A stretch of 20,891 nt of DNA, taken from Myxococcota bacterium. GTDB lineage: Bacteria; Myxococcota; JACRCW01. Shown here one piece after another: positions 7,553-14,778 of this stretch. Under the pieces are notes generated by a model that worked only from the letters and a program-made list of their open reading frames with translations, searched no databases and had not been told where the DNA came from. The stretch spans positions 1 to 20,891 of the forward strand of contig JBFMGU010000188.1 of assembly GCA_040752415.1 (NCBI GenBank), read 5' to 3'. How positions within the stretch are numbered: the first letter of the stretch is position 1; every line of letters begins with the position of its first letter. Made by a program: the position numbers and the translations under genes.

Positions 7553-9010
7553 TCAGTGGCGCCAGCCATGGACGCCCAGGAGCCGGGAGGCGGCGGGAGA
7601 GGCCAGTGAGACCGGCGCCAGGTAGCTCCCCACCCGCACGCGCCACCACCACCGTCCTGTCTCCTGGCGCTGTTGTCTCGTCGTGAAACGGTAGAGGTAC
7701 AGCTCGGCGCGGACGTACCGCGGGGGACGTTCCGGGAACGGGTTGTGCGCCAGCAGCTTCAACGTGGCGCGGTCTCCCTGCAGCAGACGCACCACCAACG
7801 GCACGAACCACGGGTGATGCCGGTGGCCGGACATCGCGGCAAACCACATCAGCCAATCCAGTCGCAGGTGATACGGCGCAATCACGCGCGGCCGACGGGA
7901 CGGGTTGCCGGGCTTCGCCTTGAACTCGTAGGCCAGCCAGCGCGTGTCGTCGGTGATGTCCTCGTCGTGGGTGCCTTCCAGGATGACCTCGAAGCGACGT
8001 CGCGTGATGCCCCCGAACGCGCCGTACGTGCCCACGAGGTGGAACGGATTGTAGCTGGCGTTCATGGCCTGGTCGGAGGAGAGCATGTTGCGGATGGGCA
8101 GGTAGCTCATGGCCGCGGTCATGATGGTCACCGCGCGCACCGTCCCCTGGTGCCAGGCCGGCGCGGGCACCACGTCAGGCACCGCCAGGGGGAGCACCGT
8201 GGCCAGCGCCACGTCGTCAAAACAGCCTACCGCCAGGATGATGGTGACGTAGTTCAGCCAGGAGAGATTGCCGCTGATGATGAGCACGCCCTGGAACAGG
8301 ATGGTGAAAGCGCCGGCAATCCAGCACACCGGCGCCGGAGCAAAGTAGCCAAAAGGCACCACCAGCTCGACGAAGTGCGTGAACAACACGCCCGCGGAAT
8401 GCACAGGGTTGGGCAGGCGGTGGAGATACCAGCTGAGCGGATTGGGAATGGGTTGCGTCTCGTAGTGGTAGCGGAGGCACGTGAGGTTGCGCCAACACGG
8501 GTCACCGCGCAGCTTGATGAGCCCCGCGCCGAACATCACGCGGAACAGCAGCCAGCGGATGAGCCAGATGACCAGCCCGGGCGCGGCCATCTCCGTCGGG
8601 CCCAGGAAGATGGCCAGGAAGCCCGCCTCCAACAGGATGGACTCCCAGCCGAACGCGTAGAACGTCTGCCCCACGTTGACGAACGAGAGGTACAGCACCC
8701 ACAGCACGGCCCACGCCAGCAAGGACAGCGGCAGTCCGAAGCTGTCCGTGGCCCCGGTGACGACGAGCAGGGAGAGCACCACGCCGGTCCAGGCCGCGGC
8801 GCGGGTCGCGTGGTCGGAGCTCCACAGGTGGAAGAGGCTGGGCGCCTGGAAGAATGACACGCGCTCCGTGAAGCGCCGGATGGGCAACAGGCCGTGCTCG
8901 CCGCACAGCGGAGCAAACTGTCGCGCCGCGACGAGGAACGCGACGAGGTAGATGAGCCCCAGGCCACGCTGGAAGCACAAACGCGTGAGCCAGAACCCCG
9001 ACTCGTCCAT
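7553..9010 (-). CDS. Lipase maturation factor (LMF1) family membrane protein
   Basis: GAGGA RBS. Motifs GQTFYAFGWESILLEAGFL, WLLFRVMFGAGLIK, YHYETQPIPNP, SGNLSWLN, APYHLRLDWLMWFAA and PP.YVRAELYLYRFT. Confidence 0.95.
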   Translation of the reverse strand: MDESGFWLTRLCFQRGLGLIYLVAFLVAARQFAPLCGEHGLLPIRRFTERVSFFQAPSLFHLWSSDHATRAAAWTGVVLSLLVVTGATDSFGLPLSLLAWAVLWVLYLSFVNVGQTFYAFGWESILLEAGFLAIFLGPTEMAAPGLVIWLIRWLLFRVMFGAGLIKLRGDPCWRNLTCLRYHYETQPIPNPLSWYLHRLPNPVHSAGVLFTHFVELVVPFGYFAPAPVCWIAGAFTILFQGVLIISGNLSWLNYVTIILAVGCFDDVALATVLPLAVPDVVPAPAWHQGTVRAVTIMTAAMSYLPIRNMLSSDQAMNASYNPFHLVGTYGAFGGITRRRFEVILEGTHDEDITDDTRWLAYEFKAKPGNPSRRPRVIAPYHLRLDWLMWFAAMSGHRHHPWFVPLVVRLLQGDRATLKLLAHNPFPERPPRYVRAELYLYRFTTRQQRQETGRWWWRVRVGSYLAPVSLASPAASRLLGVHGWRH

Positions 9011-9115
9011 GGCCGCGTTTCCTCGATCGGACGTCCACGGAGGGCTTGCGGATTGCGGGAGGCCCGGTCAACCCCTGCGCTCGTTGTGCGAGCGGTAGCG
9101 TGACGTGGAGCGCGT

Positions 9116-10402
9116 TCAGACGGCGCGGACGTCCCGCATCACGAACCCGCTGGCGGGCAGCGCGGGAATCCGCGTGAGGTCCACGCGCAGGTCCTGGGGC
9201 GGCACGGTGTAACGCATGGAGCGCACCAGCAGCTGCGTGCACACCCGGGTCAGCTCGAGGGCTAGCTCGTCACCGGGGCAGCGGTGGCCCGTGCGCAGGT
9301 TGCCCGTTCCCTGCGGGAGGAACCGGTAGGGGTCTCCTCCTCCGTCGAGGAAGCGGTCGGGCCGGAACGCACCGGGGCGCGCCCAGCTGCGCGGGTCGTG
9401 GTGGGTGCCGTAGATGTCCAGCAGGACCCTGCGCCCCCGACGGAAGGTGTAGCCCTGCCACTCGAAATCCTGGCGCACGCGCGCGGCGACGAAGGGGAAG
9501 AACGGGTAGTAGCGCCGCACCTCCTGGGCGAACCGCTCGGCTTCCGCGTCGTCGCCGCGCGCAATCCGCTCCCGTTGCCCGCCGTGCTCATGCAGCGCCA
9601 GCGCGGCAAAGGTGATCCAGCGCGCCACCGCCACCGTGGGACGGAGCAGGTTGAGCACCTCCACCGCGGCAATTCCCGGCGTCAGCAGCTGCCCGTCGAG
9701 GTCCCGGTGTGAAGCCACCCGGGCCAGCGCGCTGTCGTCGGGAATGGCGAGGCGGTGGGCGCGCACGTCCTTCACCAGCTTCGCCATCCACCGCTCCGCG
9801 CGCGCCCGGCCCATCCTGCCGCGCCAATGACGCGGGCCCAGCGCACCGGGGCTGTCAATCAGCGCATGCAGATCCGCGGTTCGCCGTGCCACGTCGGACT
9901 CCGGCAGGGGCACGCCGGCCCAACCGCACACCGCGCGACAGAGGATCTCCTCCACCTCGTCAAACAGCACCACCTGGTCACGGCGGGCCCAGCGCGGAAC
10001 CTGGAAGAGCCACTGGCTCCGCACGTCGTCCACCAGGTGGCCCACACCCTCCGGCGTCAACACGGACAGGAACAGCGCCTTGCGATGATGGTGCGCTTCT
10101 CCGTCGAGACCCTGGACGCCGCCGCGGCCAAAGAGCGTCCTCTGCAGGCGCAGGGGCGCCGCGCCCGCGCGCTCGAACCGGGTGTCCTCGTAGAAGAGCC
10201 GGGCCGCCGCGGCGCCCATCATGCACACCACCGGCTTGAGCATGAGACGCGTCTCGAACACGTCGGTGCCCAGCTGCCGACAGCGGTCCATGATGAACGT
10301 GTAACCCTCCCGCATCAGGTCCAGCGTGCCGTCCACGCTGGGGTCGCGCGGCATCCCTGGAACGGCGGCCGGGCTGACGGAAGGCAGGATGCGGTCGGCC
10401 AT
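9116..10402 (-). CDS. cypC: Cytochrome P450, CYP152 family fatty-acid peroxygenase (P450BSbeta/CypC-like)
   Basis: LFGRGGVQGLDG, I-helix EVLNLLRPTVA with the carboxylate-binding Arg-Pro, ExxR motif EVRRYYPF, and heme-ligand GHRCPG. Confidence 0.92.
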   Translation of the reverse strand: MADRILPSVSPAAVPGMPRDPSVDGTLDLMREGYTFIMDRCRQLGTDVFETRLMLKPVVCMMGAAAARLFYEDTRFERAGAAPLRLQRTLFGRGGVQGLDGEAHHHRKALFLSVLTPEGVGHLVDDVRSQWLFQVPRWARRDQVVLFDEVEEILCRAVCGWAGVPLPESDVARRTADLHALIDSPGALGPRHWRGRMGRARAERWMAKLVKDVRAHRLAIPDDSALARVASHRDLDGQLLTPGIAAVEVLNLLRPTVAVARWITFAALALHEHGGQRERIARGDDAEAERFAQEVRRYYPFFPFVAARVRQDFEWQGYTFRRGRRVLLDIYGTHHDPRSWARPGAFRPDRFLDGGGDPYRFLPQGTGNLRTGHRCPGDELALELTRVCTQLLVRSMRYTVPPQDLRVDLTRIPALPASGFVMRDVRAV

Positions 10403-10696
10403 GCGTGGCGATAACGACGGGGAACGCCTCCGGCCAGGCGTGATGCTCCACGCTTGGTACTACCGGGTCACCTGACGTCGTCACCGCGGTGTCCCGGAGC
10501 CGTCACGCCGGTGGCTATCCAGCCGGTATCCAGGGCGTGAGCCGACGCCGCAGCCGTAGGGGTAGGCATTGTCCACGTCGTGGCGCGACGAGAGCGGACG
10601 GAAATGCCTGGCCCGGGGCCGACGGAGCCACGCCGTCACCCCCAACGTCACCCATGCAAGCGCGGGTGTGTGCTGAGCATCCTTCTGGGACACGTT

Positions 10697-10815
10697 GGTT
10701 CACGCGAGGAGTGCCGCAATGGAGCGGAATGCGTACGGATGAACAGCCGGGTACCGGTGAATGCGTCGCTGCCCCTGGTCGGGCCTGCAACGCCGATTCC
10801 GAGTGCGGTCCCTCC
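10697..10815 (+). pseudogene. Possible frameshifted remnant of a Cys-rich protein gene
   Basis: GSREECRNGAECV in one frame joins TDEQPGTGECVAAPGRACNADSECGPS in another if one base is restored near 10734. Confidence 0.35.
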
Positions 10816-10936
10816 GTTGGCCACCCGCGTCGTGCGTTGATGGCTCGTGAACCATCACCAACACCGCTCCAACTCAAGCAGCGCGGGCGGCCCCACCGTC
10901 GAGAATCCGCCGGCCCGCTCGCCTGCAGCAATCCGT

Positions 10937-12283
10937 TCACCGACGAGGGAACAGCTGCTCACAGCGCTGCAACTCCACCGGATCCACCTCCGCGGCCGGA
11001 AGCTCCGGGATGCGGGTGTCGGGATGCTGGAAATCGAAGAGGTCCAGCAACGGCTCGGCGTTCGCGTCGCGTGCGGTGAGCGCGGGCAGGTTGAAGCGCG
11101 TCTGGATGAAGCGGATGACGCCGGTGAGATCCGAGACGTGGTGCGAGACGTGGCCACGGCGAGCATAGGGCGAGATAGCGAGCAGCGGCACGCGGAAGCC
11201 CAGCTGCTCGAAGCTCCCCTCCGTCACCCCACCATCCGTCGAGGCGAGATATCCGTCGGGCGCGCAGGCGCGGGGCGGGGGAACGTGGTCGTAGAAGCCG
11301 CCGTGCTCGTCGTAGGTGATGAACAGCACACTGCGGCCCCAGTTGGGGCTGGCCATCAGCGCGCGCGCCACCCCCTCCGTCCAAGCCTGGCCCACCTGGA
11401 CGTTGGCGGGCGCGTGCTCGTCGTTGCGGATGGCGCTGGAGTCGGTCCCGAAGTTGGATTCCACCAGCGCCACCTGGGGCAGCGTCCCGGCCGCAGCGTC
11501 CGCGTAGAACTGGTCCATTTTCACGAAGCGGTGCCGCGCCTCCTCGTACACGGTGACGAACATCAGCGGTGAGGGCACCGCCTCCGAGTAGACCTTCCAG
11601 TCCACGCGCGCGTCGGTAAGCTGGAAGAACAGGTTGCCGTGGTAGCGCCCCTCGGCGTCGCGCAGCGGCGGCGGGATGTTGCTTGTCAGCCCCCAGCTGG
11701 TGCCCGCCAGGTAGAACATGCGGTTGGGCCAGGTAGGGCCCAGCAGCGACGCGAAGTGCATGTCCGAGATCGCGAAGTTTCGCGCGAGCGCGTAGTAGAA
11801 GGGCAGGTCGGTCTCGTCGTAGTAGCCCATGGCGCGAGCGCCATCCGTGCCCGCCGCCTTGACGAAGCCTTCGTTGGTGCCCTGGCTCCACTGACGGTGG
11901 GAGGCGCTCCAGCTGTGAGGCGCGTCCTCCACGCAGTAGCGCGTCTCGTGAAAGCGCGCGACGTCGTTGCCCAGCGCGTCGGGATTGACGGCGTCGTCAG
12001 GTGCCACCCGCACGCCACCGTGGCTGAGCCGGGAGAAGTAGTGGTCAAAGGAGCGGTTCTCCTGCATGACCAGAAGGATGTGATCCACCGGGATGTCCCC
12101 ACCGCGTGCTGCGTGCGTGTGCAGCGTCTCCGCGGGGAGCGCGCCCGCCCGGAACTCGCAGGCCTGACGACGCTGGCGCGCCTGCTCCTCGGTCACCTCT
12201 GGCGGCGACGAGGGAGGCGGTGGTGGGGAACGGTTGGGACAACCCGCGAGCAGCAGGAGGAGGACCGGTGAGGCGCGCGTCAT
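10937..12283 (-). CDS. Phospholipase C / phosphoesterase family lipoprotein
   Basis: MQENRSFDHYF, GPTWPNR, DEHAPA, ITYDEHGGFYDHVPPP and GFRVP motifs. Lipobox LLAG-C follows the ATG at 12283, so the ORF-track start at 12364 is likely overextended. Confidence 0.92.
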   Translation of the reverse strand: MTRASPVLLLLLAGCPNRSPPPPPSSPPEVTEEQARQRRQACEFRAGALPAETLHTHAARGGDIPVDHILLVMQENRSFDHYFSRLSHGGVRVAPDDAVNPDALGNDVARFHETRYCVEDAPHSWSASHRQWSQGTNEGFVKAAGTDGARAMGYYDETDLPFYYALARNFAISDMHFASLLGPTWPNRMFYLAGTSWGLTSNIPPPLRDAEGRYHGNLFFQLTDARVDWKVYSEAVPSPLMFVTVYEEARHRFVKMDQFYADAAAGTLPQVALVESNFGTDSSAIRNDEHAPANVQVGQAWTEGVARALMASPNWGRSVLFITYDEHGGFYDHVPPPRACAPDGYLASTDGGVTEGSFEQLGFRVPLLAISPYARRGHVSHHVSDLTGVIRFIQTRFNLPALTARDANAEPLLDLFDFQHPDTRIPELPAAEVDPVELQRCEQLFPRR

Positions 12284-12290
12284 GACGCGA

Positions 12291-12299
12291 ATGTTAGCA
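12291..12299 (-). promoter_or_regulatory. Putative extended -10 element (leaderless promoter)
   Basis: Minus strand reads TGC-TAACAT, then 7 nt, then ATG (12283). No Shine-Dalgarno. Confidence 0.45.
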
Positions 12300-12488
12300 C
12301 CCAGCGCATGCGCGTTCGCACGTCGTCGCGAGGCGAAAAACCTTCGTGGTGCTCGTTCGGCCACCTCGGCACGTTGCGGGAGGGCCCGGCCAGTCCGCCC
12401 TCGATTTTGTCGCGGAGTCGTGTGTTGGCGCTTGGGCCTTCTTCACCTCGTCCGCGGCGCCAGGCCAGGGCTGTTCTTGTGCTTCAAT

Positions 12489-13352
12489 TCAATGCTCGGA
12501 AATGAACGTCACCGCGCGCTTCAGATGATTGACCTGTGAGTAGGCCACGCGCTTCTCATGCTGCAAGCGACCCACGACGATCCCCGGCGCAATGCCTTGG
12601 CTCGCGGCGAACGTCCTCACTGCTCCTTGCCGGAAATCGCCAGACGCCAGGAAGCCAGACCACGCGGCGGGCGGAATCAGCATGTCTTCCGCGAACCGAT
12701 CCGCCTGAGCTTCCCTTGCCGTCCGCGCTACGCCGTCATCCTCATCTACGAACTGCGAACCGTCTTCACCATGCAGGATGATATGTCCGGCCTCGTGAAA
12801 CAGCGTGAACCAGAGGTGGTCGTCGGTCTTGTGACGCAGGCTGAGCTGGATGACGGGCCTCCCGACGATCCATCGAGCGGCTCCACTGACGCATGCTCCC
12901 CTGATCTCAGGCACCACCAACAGCAGCACCCCAGCCTTATGGAATTCGACCTTGGCCTTCTGCAGCCCGGTTTCGGGGCCTCGTGCAGTGAACGCCCTCA
13001 CGCGCTCCAATGCAGACTCGAACCTGTGCTTGTCGAAGGTCGGCGTCGCAGGCGCCAGCTCAGCCAACATCTCGCCGCGTCAAAGCCATGCGGCCAGGGG
13101 CAGCGGGGCGCTCTTGAACTTCTGGGACCTGCGGAAAGCCGCTTCCGCAAGCATCTGCTCGGCTTCCAACTGGTGTGGTGTTCCGACCCGGAAGAAGCGC
13201 ATGAGTGCGCGGAGCACCCGGACGCGGTCTGAGGTGTCTTCAATCCATCCGGCTTTCTGCATGGCGCGGTAGGGCACGCCTTTGAGGACCTTCGTCGCGT
13301 GGGCCTTCAGCTCCGCGGTTTCCTTTTGGCGAGCGAGATAGGCGCGATAGTG
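12489..13352 (-). pseudogene. HigA-family/XRE regulator with ImmA/IrrE metallopeptidase domain; 5'-truncated with an internal nonsense codon
   Basis: ORFs 13080-13397 and 12489-13070 are in the same frame, separated only by TGA at 13080-13082 (AAWL*RGEM). C-terminal part has SGAARW, LSLRHKTDDHLWFTLFHEAGH (HExxH), EAQADRFA and PGIVVGRLQ. The N-terminal HTH is missing upstream of HYRAYLAR. Confidence 0.85.
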
Positions 13353-13519
13353 CGGCGGGCCCTCGCCGCCCTGGTCAGCGTCGAGTGGTTTGGACAACCG
13401 TCAGGGCTCCACGCGCCACGAGACACCGCCTCGCCCCGACGTCATTGAGCCCCAAGGCTGTTCGGTCCGCTGTGAACGCGCTCGGCACTGGCCAGGGCGG
13501 CGAGGGCCCGCCGCACTCC
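13349..13519. repeat. ~170-bp inverted repeat, REPIN-like (two inverted REP-like units)
   Basis: Perfect 26-bp arms at 13349-13374 and 13492-13517, extending inward imperfectly. Each arm contains its own palindrome gcggcg-N6-cgccgc, preceded by GGAG-T (right arm, minus strand) or ATAG-T (left arm). Confidence 0.88.
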
Positions 13520-13638
13520 AGGTCGTGGTCCGCTCACGATGTCAGCAATCCCGCTGGGCATCTTGGCCTGACGCAGCCTGTAACGCGTGGTGGGGCATTG
13601 GCTGGGGGCCGTGACTTCGGAGCGATTTGCCATCGCGA

Positions 13639-13698
13639 CGTGACGGCCGGCGGCAACACGTCTTGTCGGCCACGCAACACGTCTCGCCGTCACGCAAC
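13639..13698. repeat. Short hairpin enclosing direct repeats, downstream of phhA
   Basis: cgtgacggc (13639-13647) and gccgtcacg (13686-13694) are inverted. gcaacacgtct is repeated at 13653 and 13674, with a partial gcaac at 13694. Confidence 0.6.
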
Positions 13699-13712
13699 CG
13701 CGTCCCTGCAAG

Positions 13713-14555
13713 CTACCCGCGGATGAGGCCGCGCAGCCAGGTGTTGAGCTCGCCCAGCAGCCAGTTGGTGCTGCGCGCCTCGAAGAGCGTGCCCTGGTAC
13801 TGCGTGGGGTCAAAGTCCACCTCGAAGACGCGCTCCAGGTCGAACTCCTCGCGCCGGGCCTCCTGGTAGCGCCCCAGCTCGCCGAACGACGAGAGCAGCC
13901 CCGCGCCCACCACCTCCAGCCCGCCGCCCTCCCTGCGCGCCACGCCGAACTCCAGCGCGTACCAGTAGACGCGGATGAGGCGCAGCGCGGTGGCCTCGTC
14001 GGCGTGCAGCGTGGCCTCACCAAAGAGCCGGTTGGTCTCGGCGAACTGCGGGTCCGCCAGCGTGGCCGCGTGGCCCACCAGCTCGTGGATGACGTCGGGC
14101 TCGGGCGTGTACATGGGCGCGCTGTGGTGCCGCATGTACTGGGTGGCCATGAACTCCCCGCGCGCCAGGTGGCTCAGGAACACGCGCGGCGTCACCAGCC
14201 CCGCCACCGGGATGAGTCGGAAGCCGGTCTCCCGCTGCAGCACCGCGCTGACCTCGGAGAGCTGCGGCACGTGCCCGGGCTCGAATCCCAGGCGGGGCCA
14301 GCCGCGGAGGAACTGCGCGCACGCGTGACGCTCATGCAGCGGACGCAAGTGCTCCAGCGCGGTGCGCCACACCATGCGCTCGTCGTCGGTGTAGGCCACG
14401 TCGGGCAACGGGTCGCCGCTGCGGTAGGCCGCGGCCATGCGGGCAATCTCGTTGCGGCGACGACGGTAGACGGGGTCCCGGAAACCCGGGTGGTCCCGGT
14501 CAAGCTTGACGAGGTCGTTCTCATCCACGAGCGGGGCGTCGGGGCTCTGCGTCAT
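13713..14555 (-). CDS. phhA: Phenylalanine 4-monooxygenase (pterin-dependent aromatic amino acid hydroxylase, catalytic domain only)
   Basis: DHPGFRDPVYR, TGFRLIPVAGL, TQYMRH, YTPEPDVIHELVGH (Fe-binding His pair), YWYALEFG (Fe-binding Glu) and GAGLLSSFGE. Confidence 0.93.
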   Translation of the reverse strand: MTQSPDAPLVDENDLVKLDRDHPGFRDPVYRRRRNEIARMAAAYRSGDPLPDVAYTDDERMVWRTALEHLRPLHERHACAQFLRGWPRLGFEPGHVPQLSEVSAVLQRETGFRLIPVAGLVTPRVFLSHLARGEFMATQYMRHHSAPMYTPEPDVIHELVGHAATLADPQFAETNRLFGEATLHADEATALRLIRVYWYALEFGVARREGGGLEVVGAGLLSSFGELGRYQEARREEFDLERVFEVDFDPTQYQGTLFEARSTNWLLGELNTWLRGLIRG

Positions 14556-14562
14556 GGCGCCA

Positions 14563-14571
14563 ACCCTACCA
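14563..14571 (-). promoter_or_regulatory. Putative extended -10 element (leaderless promoter)
   Basis: Minus strand reads TGG-TAGGGT, then 7 nt, then ATG (14555). Confidence 0.4.
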
Positions 14572-14778
14572 GCCGCCGGTGGGGGCACCATCATTTCGCC
14601 CCGACGTCGCGGCCCAGCGGGCAGGTTCTTCTCCCTCCGCCGTGAGCTTCGGCGGGACAAGGGACATCGGCCAGGGAGTTCTCACCCGGCCGCCCGTCGT
14701 GCGAGGCTGCTTCCCGTCGACCATGGACGCCACCTGGACCACCGGATTCCTGCCCCGGTCCCGTCGGGGGGATGACGC

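Noticed and set aside
10481..10693. 70-aa minus-strand ORF between P450 and PLC
   Set aside because: No clear RBS, codon bias or recognisable motif, so it cannot be supported.
13080..13082. TGA as selenocysteine or programmed readthrough
   Set aside because: The context corresponds to an Arg-type position (WLxRGE), not a catalytic Cys. A CGA-to-TGA transition in an already truncated gene is simpler.
90..13448. Shared 11-mer cgacgtcattg in both large palindromic elements (90-100 and 13438-13448)
   Set aside because: The match does not extend and lies in different structural positions, so it is compatible with chance.
13349..13517. Integron attC site
   Set aside because: It lacks RYYYAAC/GTTRRRY ends, and there is no cassette array or integrase.
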